DNA from: Wolbachia endosymbiont of Drosophila innubila | GTDB lineage: Bacteria; Pseudomonadota; Alphaproteobacteria; Rickettsiales; Anaplasmataceae | DNA length: 32,000 nucleotides | Assembly (NCBI RefSeq): GCF_021378375.1 | Contig: NZ_CP076228.1 | Coordinates: forward strand, 120,001 to 152,000 | Direction of reading: 5' to 3' | Part shown: positions 1-8,654 of the stretch, in pieces | Numbering within the stretch: position 1 is the stretch's first letter | Layout of the letters: each line of letters starts with the position of its first letter | Notes under the pieces: model-generated | The model's database searches: none | Seen by the model: only the letters and a program-made list of their open reading frames with translations | What the model was told of the DNA's origin: nothing | Program-made: the position numbers and the translations under genes

Positions 1-209
1 ATCTGTCATATGTTTTACCAAAGTCTACTAATAATTATACAACATTTTTCTGAATTTTTCAATAAAGGAAGTTGATGATATGTAAGAAAAATTTTGCCAC
101 CTGCGTTAATAAATAATTAAAGATTTAGCATATTTATCTACCCTCTATTCTATTACTTAAGTTAGACCACTTTTTTCTATTAATATTTTTTATTTATAAA
201 GATGAGCAG

Positions 210-647
210 TTACTCATCACGCAGTTGATCTATGGATATAATACTACCGTTTGATAGTTTTTCAGTACATTTTTCACTTTTGTATTCTTTATCAGAGTCG
301 ATACTGATTTTGTCAAATATTAAAACATCTCCTGAAATTTTATCACGAAACTCACTAATAGCAAAAAACGGTATAGTAATTCGCTCTTGTTTTCCTTGAA
401 AACTCAAACTGACGCTAAATTTATCCTCAGAAACTTTTAAATCATAGAATTGATGCTGTAATATAATAAGCATTTGAGTAGGGTATGACTTTTTCAAACG
501 ATCTGGCATGGTCACACCATTAAAATATGTGAAAAATAATATTTCTAAGTGAGGGATAAAACCATTACCTGATATAACATCTAAAGTCTTTTTGATAACT
601 TGAAACTTAGCAGAATTAAGCAGTTTTTTGTAATCTGTTTGCTCCAT
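210..647 (-). CDS. sspB: SspB family protein (ClpXP adaptor / stringent starvation protein B, alphaproteobacterial type)
   Basis: 145 aa ORF. The segment LEILFFTYFNGVTMPDRLKKSYPTQMLIILQHQFYDLKVSEDKFSVSLSFQGKQERITIPFFAI matches the alphaproteobacterial SspB pattern (F.T...GV.iP..L...YP.eMtIvLQHQFwDL.V....FsV.LsF.G..E.l.IPF.Ai). Confidence 0.85.
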   Translation of the reverse strand: MEQTDYKKLLNSAKFQVIKKTLDVISGNGFIPHLEILFFTYFNGVTMPDRLKKSYPTQMLIILQHQFYDLKVSEDKFSVSLSFQGKQERITIPFFAISEFRDKISGDVLIFDKISIDSDKEYKSEKCTEKLSNGSIISIDQLRDE

Positions 648-664
648 ATAACTTTCACATACGT

Positions 665-950
665 AAATTTTGGGGAACTTCTGTTACCCGGCGTTCCCTG
701 AACCGTGCTTATAGCAATGAAGTTATAGTGCTTAAATTAAGCAGCTATTGCGTCGACATTGTCTTCAGCAGCAAAATTATCGTTTGCATTTAAATTATGA
801 ACTCTTAGCGGTGGTGTCTAACCGAGCAAAGCTACCATCTTTACTATGCATGTCGATTCTTATTCGTCCCCATATAAATTAAAAAACATGGTGGAGACGC
901 CGAGTACTGCCCTCGAGTCCAATACACCTATTACAAGGTAATTTTATTGC
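665..950 (-). ncRNA. ssrA: tmRNA, circularly permuted two-piece form; outer boundaries approximate
   Basis: Minus-strand reading at 787..737 gives GCA AAC GAT AAT TTT GCT GCT GAA GAC AAT GTC GAC GCA ATA GCT GCT TAA = ANDNFAAEDNVDAIAA*, a typical alphaproteobacterial tag. Coding piece 5' end GGGGACG (871..865, minus) pairs with CGTCTCC followed by A-CCA (ending at 889, minus). A 17-nt intervening AT-rich loop (888..872) fits a permuted gene. Confidence 0.88.
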
Positions 951-1132
951 TATAGTACACAAAATGTACATAGCTATTATATAGCAACATTAAATAAATG
1001 TCAAGATATTATGACCTTAAGTTGATTTATTGCTAAAACAAAATTAATATTTCCAGTAAAAAATTCTGTGCTCTTAACCTGACACATATGGCTTTTTGAA
1101 TACTCCCAATGAAAATATTTATAAATAAATAT

Positions 1133-1723
1133 TTACTCTTCTTTTTTATTGTTTTTAGGTTTTTCTTGATCAACCATTTCTCCACCGATCTCTTTTATTT
1201 TTAGTATCAACGACTCTGGTACATACATGTCAATTACTTCTTCTGCTGTCACAAATAAAGCCTGATAAGAGTGTGAATTTATTATCCAATTAGGCAATAT
1301 GTCTTCTGCTTCTATTTTATACTCTCCCTCTTTTTTGTCATATACTGTGTAGCAATATAAGTGCACAGCAAAAAATAATACATAAGAGAGCAATATTCCT
1401 TTAAGCACTCCGAGAAAGATTCCAGTAACTCTATCGATAAACCCCAACCTTATGGGTGATAATATGTACATTAGCCAGTTATTTATTATCATGAATATAA
1501 GATTAAGTATAATAAATACAGAGATTGTAGAAAGTATGTTTAGTGTAACTTTAGAATCAAAATATTTACTATAATTTGGAGCGAAAAAATCATAGTGATT
1601 AGCTGTCAGAAAGACCGATAAAAATAGAAACATTAGTGCGCATAGCTCTTTTATAAAGCCTCTAGTTACCGAGATTATTACGCATAGAACAACAATGAAG
1701 GTAATTAGGCTATCGAAAAGCAT
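1133..1723 (-). CDS. CvpA family membrane protein
   Basis: 196 aa, four hydrophobic helices, N-terminal 'FDSLITFIVVLCVIISVTRGFIKELCALMFLFLSVFLT' resembling the CvpA (colicin V production) pattern. Confidence 0.75.
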   Translation of the reverse strand: MLFDSLITFIVVLCVIISVTRGFIKELCALMFLFLSVFLTANHYDFFAPNYSKYFDSKVTLNILSTISVFIILNLIFMIINNWLMYILSPIRLGFIDRVTGIFLGVLKGILLSYVLFFAVHLYCYTVYDKKEGEYKIEAEDILPNWIINSHSYQALFVTAEEVIDMYVPESLILKIKEIGGEMVDQEKPKNNKKEE

Positions 1724-1780
1724 GTTTTATATCTATATGGTTTTCAAGATATAATAGTTGTAAATAACAAGGTTGTAAAA

Positions 1781-2377
1781 TTAATTGTATTTATGCTGCA
1801 TCAATTGATCTAAATACCTAGCGATCATGTCAATTTCTAAATTCAAATAATCATTTACTTTGTTGTACTGAAAAGTTGTATTTTCCCATGTATAGGGAGT
1901 GATATTTACTGTAAATTCCTGATTAATAACTGAATTCACTGTGAGGGAAACCCCATCTAGTGTAACGGAGCTTTTTTTTGCAACAAATTTAATTAATTCT
2001 TGTGGGCACGATAGTTTGATTTCATGAGAATCTAAATTTTGATTAATTGTTAAAAATTTTACTATCCCATCAACATGACCCTGAACCAGGTGGCCATCGA
2101 TCTTATCGCTTAATCTCATTGCTTGTTCGAGATTTATTTTTTTTCCTATTCTCCACGTATTTAAGTTAGCAACCTTCATAGTTTCTTGAGATGCTTGGAC
2201 TGTAAATGTATCGCTCATTATATCAACAACAGTTAAACACACACCAGAGCAAGCTATTGAATCTCCTTTATTTATAGAGGATAAATTTTGTGTCTTGATA
2301 TGGAAAATTTGATCAGAGTTGGAGTGAGTGGTAGTATCAGTTATAGTCCCGATATCCGTGATAATTCCTTTAAACAT
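1781..2377 (-). CDS. ribE: Riboflavin synthase subunit alpha
   Basis: MFKGIITDIGTI..., GDSIACSGVCLTVV, SLTVNSV; two lumazine-binding repeats (MFtGii..iG; HlVqGHVDG...). Confidence 0.93.
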   Translation of the reverse strand: MFKGIITDIGTITDTTTHSNSDQIFHIKTQNLSSINKGDSIACSGVCLTVVDIMSDTFTVQASQETMKVANLNTWRIGKKINLEQAMRLSDKIDGHLVQGHVDGIVKFLTINQNLDSHEIKLSCPQELIKFVAKKSSVTLDGVSLTVNSVINQEFTVNITPYTWENTTFQYNKVNDYLNLEIDMIARYLDQLMQHKYN

Positions 2378-2488
2378 ATGGTGAAAATAAATAATTTTAC
2401 CATGAAAAATTTTTTACAACAACTTATTTCTATTTTGTTATAGTTAAAGTAATTCTGGTTTACCGACAATTTAAAAAACGACAAATTC

Positions 2489-2538
2489 GTCATCCCGCTA
2501 CGTGTTAGCGGGATCTAGAGATACCGTGACGGTATGAC
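2489..2538. repeat. Palindromic REP-like unit
   Basis: GTCATCCCGCTACGTGTTAGCGGGATCTAGAGATACCGTGACGGTATGAC; two hairpins within outer GTCAT/ATGAC. Confidence 0.75.
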
Positions 2539-2558
2539 GTAGGAAAACTGAGCCTGCA

Positions 2559-3005
2559 CTAGCTATAGGCGCGAGAAAGGGGATCATTTTCACTTACTTG
2601 TTCAATAGATTCTATAGAATATTCAGAATATATGAAATAAGCCAAACTCAGAACACATAATGCAGTTAATATTGGTAACCCTATGTTCAATGCTAGCCCA
2701 ATACTTTCTCTTTTTTCTGGTGGCACTAATCCTTTTAACATTGACACTTTTCCTAACGGAAAATGCCATAAGCAAAGTGTTGATGCAGATGCTACTATTA
2801 TAAATAGACAAAAATAAGCCTTTTTTGAGGAAAATACAGTTTTTAATGATGATTTGAGTGTAATGTTAGTAGGTGGTAGAGTTTTAGCTTCATTTGTTGC
2901 TGGTGAAAGATCTTTAATTGGTAAAGGGTTTGTAGATTTATGAGGAGTATTTTCATGTTGTGGAGAAGGTTGTTGTATATAAACACCTGAAACTAATTTA
3001 AGCAA
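2559..3005 (-). CDS. Hypothetical protein, C-terminal membrane portion of a likely split gene (TTG start)
   Basis: 148 aa with two hydrophobic segments; begins within the end of the upstream ORF and appears to continue it in another frame (see findings). Confidence 0.5.
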   Translation of the reverse strand: MLKLVSGVYIQQPSPQHENTPHKSTNPLPIKDLSPATNEAKTLPPTNITLKSSLKTVFSSKKAYFCLFIIVASASTLCLWHFPLGKVSMLKGLVPPEKRESIGLALNIGLPILTALCVLSLAYFIYSEYSIESIEQVSENDPLSRAYS

Positions 3006-3223
3006 TTGCTCTTTTTTCTATATACTTGTTTTTGTAAATATTCTTTACCTAAAAGTGAGTTACTAAGAGGTTGTGGCCTTTCGAGTATCTGTAATACTTC
3101 TGATATCTCGCCTGGCTCTAATATTGCATGTAATTGTTTATCTTGAAAGTAAACAATATTGAATACTGAGCTGAAAATATTGCAAAATGTTTCTGGATCT
3201 TGATTTTTGTATCCACTCATCAC
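2993..3223 (-). pseudogene. Middle fragment of the split hypothetical gene
   Basis: 76 aa ORF in a third frame. Start overlaps the upstream stop and end overlaps the downstream start. Sequence reads through naturally from both neighbours if one A is added to each A6 run. Confidence 0.5.
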
Positions 3224-4287
3224 TTCAATAAATATTTTATCGAGTTTTTTCCCCTGTGCTCAATTTGGTTATCTATCATAGCTACTCTAGCATCATTTTG
3301 TGCTTGTTTTATGGCTAATGGTTTTTCTTTTTCTGATAGTTCTTTGGTCTGCTTTTTTGACTTCTTTTTTCTGTTAGCCTTAAAATACTCTGTGTGCGAA
3401 GTAGTTTGACCTACATTCTGTTCTGCTTCTTGAGGTATTGGATTTTCTATACTACCCCCTGTCATCTGAGTAGCTTGACTACTTGGATCCATGTTTCTTT
3501 TTTCCTGGTCAAACGCTGGAATAACACCAAATGGTATATTGTTGCTCTGTATAGAAAATTTTGGCAATTGTTGGGAAAAGAATTGTGACGTATTAAAAAA
3601 ATTGGGTAGACAGAAAAAAGATCTAAACCAGAAAACGTTTTCATGCATTGCAGCAACTACTATCGAAACACGTGTAACTTGTTTTCCATTATTTGTTACA
3701 TCGAAGCCAAATGAGCCTGTAACTGGTACGATTTGTTTATTTTGTGCATTTTTTTGGTTAGTTTCACTCTGTTCTTTTTTGTCTTCATTTTCAGTTTTTT
3801 CTGCATGTTGTAGCTTTTCATTTAGAAATAACTCGATTTGGTACAAGTTGTCCAGGTTAATGTTTTCAACGTCTGTTTGTAGCGTTATCGTTGTGCCCTG
3901 CAGAAGGATTTGAGGCGGAGCACTATTTACGAATTCTTCTACAGTTTTATAACTGTTAGTTTTACAGTAGTTATTATATAGTTCACTGCTTTCTTTGGGC
4001 ACTTTTATGTTGGCTGTAAAATTTTTTTCCCGGGAAAGGCAGATTTTGAAAAAATTAATTAAAGAGTTTATTCGAAATAATCTTATATTAAAGGTGTCTT
4101 TATCTGTTGCTGTTAGCTCAAATGAAAATTCTTGTATATTACTTTCAATACTTCTCGAGCGAATAGTACTGATCTTAATTGTTTCGCTAGAAAATGCTTT
4201 ACTTATGTTTCTGGATTTTTCCTTAAAGAGCTTAGGTAAATCCTCTATTTTATACTTATTCTTAGTTTCAGTATTACTGTTGTGCAT
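3220..4287 (-). CDS. Hypothetical protein, N-terminal part of a likely split gene
   Basis: 355 aa ORF with no confident family assignment; charged and Q-rich in the C-terminal third. Confidence 0.55.
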   Translation of the reverse strand: MHNSNTETKNKYKIEDLPKLFKEKSRNISKAFSSETIKISTIRSRSIESNIQEFSFELTATDKDTFNIRLFRINSLINFFKICLSREKNFTANIKVPKESSELYNNYCKTNSYKTVEEFVNSAPPQILLQGTTITLQTDVENINLDNLYQIELFLNEKLQHAEKTENEDKKEQSETNQKNAQNKQIVPVTGSFGFDVTNNGKQVTRVSIVVAAMHENVFWFRSFFCLPNFFNTSQFFSQQLPKFSIQSNNIPFGVIPAFDQEKRNMDPSSQATQMTGGSIENPIPQEAEQNVGQTTSHTEYFKANRKKKSKKQTKELSEKEKPLAIKQAQNDARVAMIDNQIEHRGKNSIKYLLK

Positions 4288-4433
4288 AGTTGATACAGCA
4301 AATTCATCAACGCAAAGGTAAATAAAAAAGATTAATCAGTCAATAAATTAATAATCAGAATAGGGCAATTTTTCGGATTGTTGATGATATTTAAAATTTC
4401 ACTATAATGAAAGTTTAAGCCAGCGTTTTTAAG

Positions 4434-5477
4434 ATGAATAAAGAGTTATTAGATGACATACTTTCACTTGAAGATAAAGCAGTTTCCGAAATTGAGAATG
4501 CTTCTTCTTTACAAGATTTAGAAAAAGTTAGGCTATCATATTTGGGAAAAAAGGGTGTAATTAAAGCTTATTTTGACAGCTTAAAAGAGATAGAAGACGC
4601 AGGAAAAAAGCGCAATTTAGGCGAAGTTATCAACGTTTTACGTAATAAGCTAGATCAGCTTATAATGAATAAGGAGAATATACTAAAAGCCGAAGAAGTT
4701 AACTTTAAATTGCAGAACGAGGCAGTTGATATCACGTTGTCTGCGAGGCCAGAAAAAATTGGCAAGGTCCATCCACTCAGTAAGGTTCTAAATGAAGTAA
4801 AGCTTATTTTTGCACATATGGGTTTTAAGGCAGTTGATGGTCCTGACATTGAAGATAAATTTCATGTATTTGATGCACTGAATACTCCAAGTCATCATCC
4901 TGCACGAGAGGAGCAAGATACCTTCTACTTAAAGAATAAAATAGATGATAAAAGAATGGTACTGCGCACTCACACCTCATCTGTACAGATTAGAACCATG
5001 GAAAAAACAAAAAAATTCCCAATTAAAATAGTAGCCGCAGGTAGAGTATACAGAAACGACTTTGATGCAACTCACACCCCTATGTTCCATCAAATAGAGG
5101 GGTTATATGTCGATGAGAATGTCAATATGGGCCAGTTAAAATTTACTATTCATCACTTCCTTAATAAGTTCTTTGGCGATAAAGGGCTGAAGATACGTTT
5201 TCGTAATAGTTTTTTCCCTTTTACCGAGCCTTCTGCGGAAGTGGACATAAGTTATAAAGGTAGTAAATGGATAGAAGTACTGGGATGCGGTATGACGCAT
5301 CCAAATGTATTTCAAAATGTTGGAATAGACCATACTAAATACAACGGTTTTGCGTTTGGCATTGGTATAGAAAGGCTTGCAATGCTAAAATATCAAATTA
5401 GCGACTTGAGGAGCTTTTATGACAACAAAATCAGCTGGCTTGATCATTACGGTTTTCATTTTTCATCTTTAAGATAA
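4434..5477 (+). CDS. pheS: Phenylalanine--tRNA ligase alpha subunit
   Basis: Class II aaRS motifs: HPLSKVLNEVKLIFAHMGFKAVDGPDIE, FDALNTPSHHPAR, DTFYL, LRTHTSSVQIR, FPFTEPSAEVDI, GFAFGIGIERLAML. Confidence 0.97.
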   Translation: MNKELLDDILSLEDKAVSEIENASSLQDLEKVRLSYLGKKGVIKAYFDSLKEIEDAGKKRNLGEVINVLRNKLDQLIMNKENILKAEEVNFKLQNEAVDITLSARPEKIGKVHPLSKVLNEVKLIFAHMGFKAVDGPDIEDKFHVFDALNTPSHHPAREEQDTFYLKNKIDDKRMVLRTHTSSVQIRTMEKTKKFPIKIVAAGRVYRNDFDATHTPMFHQIEGLYVDENVNMGQLKFTIHHFLNKFFGDKGLKIRFRNSFFPFTEPSAEVDISYKGSKWIEVLGCGMTHPNVFQNVGIDHTKYNGFAFGIGIERLAMLKYQISDLRSFYDNKISWLDHYGFHFSSLR

Positions 5478-6770
5478 GTGATAAGTAAAACTCATACGTT
5501 CGTTATACTTGCTTCAGGGCATGGCAGGCGGATGAATTCAGATTTGCCTAAGGTCCTACACAAAATAGGCAGTTTTTCCATGCTCCAGCATGTCATTTAC
5601 AATGCAAAACAGTTAAATTCTGAAAATATTGCTGTTGTAGTTGATCAGCCTTTAATTGAAAGACTAAAGTGTTTTAAGGATATACAGTTAATTACACAAG
5701 AATTAACACTTGGCACGGGAGATGCGGTCAAAACTGCGATGAGAAACCTAAGAGAATTGCCAGATTCAGGCATAGTTGTTGTGCAGTATGGGGATACTCC
5801 GCTCATAAAAAGCAGCACAATAACTAAAATGATTAGTTATTTAGAAGGCAAGGCTCTAGTTTGCCTAGGTTTTAGGACAAGCAATAAAGAATACGGTAGG
5901 TTAATTATTGAGAATGGTTCCTTAAGAGAAATCGTAGAAGCAAAGAGTGATAAAAATAATCATGAAGAATTTCTTGCAAATGCTGGAATAATGGTTGCAT
6001 GTGCAAAGAATTTACGTGAATTGGTGGAGAAAATAGAGTGCAATAGCTCAACTCATGAATATTACTTGACCGATATAGTTTCCATTGCAGTGAAGAGTAA
6101 TTTAAATGTCGGTTACGTTATTACCGGTGGAGAAGAAGCAACGGGAATAAATAACAGAAATGACCTTATAAAAGCTGAGTTTTACTTTCAAGAAAATAAA
6201 AGAAAAATTTTTACCGACTCCGGAGTAACGCTTGTTGCACCAGAGACTGTTTTCTTTTCTCTTGATACGCAAATTGCCAGAGATTCAGTTATTTACCCAT
6301 ATGTTTTTTTCGGTACTGGAGTGAAAATAGAGTCTGGTGCGAAAATACTGCCATTTTCGCATTTAGAAAACTGCTTAATTAAAAGTAATGCTGAGGTCGG
6401 TCCATTTACCAGAATACGCGGAAACACAACAATTGGTAATAAGGCAAAAATAGGAAATTTTGTGGAAGTGAAAACAAGTGAAGTTGGTCAAAACACTAGA
6501 ATAAAACACTTAAGTTATATAGGAAATGCTAAAGTAGGGCAGGAGAGTAATATAGGAGCAGGCACTATTGTTTGTAATTATGATGGGAAAAATAAACATG
6601 AAACGAATATAGGGAGCAATTGCTTTGTTGGCGCCAATAGCTCACTAATTGCGCCGCTTAATATTCATGATGAATCTGTAATTGCAGCAGGTAGTGTTAT
6701 AGTTGAGGATGTACCAGAAAAAAGCCTTGCAATAGCAAGAGAAAAGCAAGTAACTAAGAGAATAAAGTAG
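5478..6770 (+). CDS. glmU: Bifunctional UDP-N-acetylglucosamine pyrophosphorylase / glucosamine-1-phosphate N-acetyltransferase
   Basis: N-terminal LASGHGRRMNSDLPKVLH, C-terminal left-handed beta-helix hexapeptides (IGAGTIVCNYDGKNKHETNIGSNCFVGANSSLIAPL). GTG start directly after the pheS stop. Confidence 0.95.
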   Translation: MISKTHTFVILASGHGRRMNSDLPKVLHKIGSFSMLQHVIYNAKQLNSENIAVVVDQPLIERLKCFKDIQLITQELTLGTGDAVKTAMRNLRELPDSGIVVVQYGDTPLIKSSTITKMISYLEGKALVCLGFRTSNKEYGRLIIENGSLREIVEAKSDKNNHEEFLANAGIMVACAKNLRELVEKIECNSSTHEYYLTDIVSIAVKSNLNVGYVITGGEEATGINNRNDLIKAEFYFQENKRKIFTDSGVTLVAPETVFFSLDTQIARDSVIYPYVFFGTGVKIESGAKILPFSHLENCLIKSNAEVGPFTRIRGNTTIGNKAKIGNFVEVKTSEVGQNTRIKHLSYIGNAKVGQESNIGAGTIVCNYDGKNKHETNIGSNCFVGANSSLIAPLNIHDESVIAAGSVIVEDVPEKSLAIAREKQVTKRIK

Positions 6771-7325
6771 TCTAATTTAATTATGTTGTTGTGTCATTTT
6801 TAATATTAGACTTCTTGCATAACCATATAACAAACTTTTATTGGGAATAGAAACAAAAAAACTTTCTTGACAAACTCCGCCAGCCCCCTTATCATAACAG
6901 TGAAGCTATTGTATTTGCTTTCGCCAATCTGGAGATTAAAAGGTAAGGATTACTTAATGTATCGGCGTCTTATGTTCAATTTTTTGCAGTATATAGATAC
7001 TATATGTCTTTACAAAACTTCATCTACATCTAGATTTTTATCTAAATAAGCTGAACGCGCTTATAAAGCGTTACAAGACATCAAAAAATGCCAATACTCG
7101 ACAAAGATAGTAAAAGACTAGCTAACTCGGGGGTCCTTTGTCTTTTTTTCTGCTTAGTAAATTTCTTAAACATTTGCAGCGTAGGTTAGTTGCAATTAAA
7201 AGCAGCTAAATTGCAGTGTTTAAGACTTAAAAAACGTCAATACTGAAAATAGACAATGACTAGGGTTTCTTTTGCCTTTTTTTTCATTTGGTAAATTCCT
7301 TAATGTTTATGGCTAAACGACAATC

Positions 7326-7406
7326 GTCATCCCGCTGCTTGTTAGCGGGATCTATTGCTGAGATACCGCGAATGAATCGCGGTATGACGGTTCGCGGCGG
7401 TATGAC
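7326..7406. repeat. Palindromic REP-like unit
   Basis: GTCATCCCGCTGCTTGTTAGCGGGATCTATTGCTGAGATACCGCGAATGAATCGCGGTATGAC...; nested hairpins. Related copies at 2489..2538 and 14677..14730. Confidence 0.75.
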
Positions 7407-7459
7407 GTAGGACTGCTGTCATCCCAGTGCGTGACACTGGAATCCCAAAAAAGGATGAT

Positions 7460-7620
7460 GTCATCCTAGTGCTCCTTTTTTTGTCATCCTAGTGCTCCTT
7501 TTTTTGTCATCCTAGTGCTCCTTTTTTTGTCATCCTAGTGCTCCTTTTTTTGTCATCCTAGTGCTCCTTTTTTTGTCATCCTAGTGCTCCTTTTTTTGTC
7601 ATCCTAGTGCTCCTTTTTTT
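7460..7620. repeat. Tandem repeat, 7 copies of a 23-bp unit (GTCATCCTAGTGCTCCTTTTTTT)
   Basis: Unit starts read at 7460, 7483, 7506, 7529, 7552, 7575 and 7598; a diverged eighth start (GTCATCCGAG) at 7621. Confidence 0.97.
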
Positions 7621-7688
7621 GTCATCCGAGTAGCTGACACTTGGATGACATCGTCATAAAGGAACCAGTGTCAAGCTACTCGGATGAC
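7621..7688. repeat. Inverted repeat / hairpin abutting the tandem array
   Basis: GTCATCCGAGTAGC-TGACACTTGG ... CCAGTGTCAAGCTACTCGGATGAC; arms match apart from one indel and one or two mismatches. Confidence 0.8.
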
Positions 7689-7869
7689 AGGAGAAGGGGC
7701 TACTTGCATGACGGTGTCGGTAAACTTAGAGCTATAATAACTATTTGCCTTTTTTCTGCTTAGGTTATGCAAGAAGTCTACTGTCTGAGAAAAGGTAGAT
7801 AAAAGATGAAAACAGATAGAAGTATTTTAGTAGCTCAAAAAGAACGTTAAGTCATGCTTTTTATTTATA

Positions 7870-7896
7870 TTGACAGCGTATATGACATCGTTTATG
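7870..7896 (+). promoter_or_regulatory. Possible sigma70-type promoter upstream of rplU
   Basis: TTGACA (7870..7875), 15-nt spacer, TATGAT (7891..7896); the spacer is short, so this is tentative. Confidence 0.3.
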
Positions 7897-7928
7897 ATTA
7901 AAGTTAATAACAATAATTTATATTTATC

Positions 7929-8231
7929 ATGTTTGCAGTAATTGAGACTGGTGGAAAGCAATATTTAGTAAAAGAAGGTAGTATAATAAAGGTAGAGAAG
8001 TTAGAAGCTGAAGAAAAAAAAGAGGTGGAAATCAATAAGGTGATTTGTATTTCAAATAGTGGCTTATCTTATTCATCTAATGCTACTGTTAAAGCTGAAG
8101 TGTTGGAGCAGTGCAGGGGGGAAAAAATTATAATCTTTAAGAAGAAAAGAAGAAAAAATTACCGTAGGAAAACTGGTCATAGGCAGTATATAACTGTTCT
8201 TCGTATAAATGAAATTAGTCTTCAAAAGTAA
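7929..8231 (+). CDS. rplU: 50S ribosomal protein L21
   Basis: MFAVIETGGKQYLVKEGSIIKVEKL...IIFKKKRRKNYRRKTGHRQYITVLRI. Confidence 0.97.
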   Translation: MFAVIETGGKQYLVKEGSIIKVEKLEAEEKKEVEINKVICISNSGLSYSSNATVKAEVLEQCRGEKIIIFKKKRRKNYRRKTGHRQYITVLRINEISLQK

Positions 8232-8241
8232 GAGGTAAGAT

Positions 8242-8511
8242 ATGGCAACTAAAAAATCAGGTGGTAGTTCCTGTAATGGTAGAGATTCAGCGGGTCGTAG
8301 GTTAGGAATAAAGAAGAATGGGAAGGTTATTCCTGGTAACATAATTGTGCGCCAAAGAGGCACAAAATTCCATCCTGGAAAGAATGTTGGTATAGGTAAA
8401 GATCATACGATTTTTGCTAAAATAGAAGGCTGGGTCAGCTTTAGAAGATCAGCAAATAAAAAGACTTTTATTGATATCTTGCCTACAGATAATATGAAAG
8501 CTTCAGCTTGA
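8242..8511 (+). CDS. rpmA: 50S ribosomal protein L27
   Basis: [25 protein letters not shown]...[28 protein letters not shown]. Confidence 0.98.
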   Translation: MATKKSGGSSCNGRDSAGRRLGIKKNGKVIPGNIIVRQRGTKFHPGKNVGIGKDHTIFAKIEGWVSFRRSANKKTFIDILPTDNMKASA

Positions 8512-8520
8512 ATAAATCAG

Positions 8521-8597
<77 letters not shown>

Positions 8598-8654
8598 TTT
8601 AGTAGTTACTAACTGTGTTTTCTATAGCGGTTTTGATATTGTATAAGCAAAAAC

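Larger units (their letters stand above)
6807..7780. repeat. Composite intergenic repeat block bounded by inverted TAGACTTCTTGCATAACC copies
   Basis: 18-mer on + at 6807..6824 and its reverse complement at 7763..7780. Internal segments match the reverse complement of 14.2-15.3 kb. Confidence 0.6.

Noticed and set aside
2993-3223. Start/stop overlaps of the three ORFs as ordinary translational coupling in an operon
   Set aside because: Starts would be GTG and TTG, the reading frames extend upstream of these starts with sensible protein, and both junctions fall at A6 runs, so frameshift splitting is the better explanation, though coupling is not excluded.
3394-4321. Plus-strand ORFs 3394..3588, 3491..3913 and 3995..4321 opposite the hypothetical gene
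   Set aside because: Overlap the longer minus-strand ORF; translations are Cys/Ser/Phe-rich low-complexity, typical of antisense shadow ORFs.
6867-7049. 60-aa plus-strand ORF in the intergenic repeat block
   Set aside because: Lies in a repeat shared with the 15-kb block, where the frame is not preserved; no family features.
7460-7620. Possible CRISPR-like array
   Set aside because: The 23-bp units are strictly head-to-tail with no variable spacers; no cas genes in the window.
8073-8363. Minus-strand ORF across rplU/rpmA, and 8845..9027 opposite metK
   Set aside because: Antisense to conserved ribosomal protein and metK genes; no family features.
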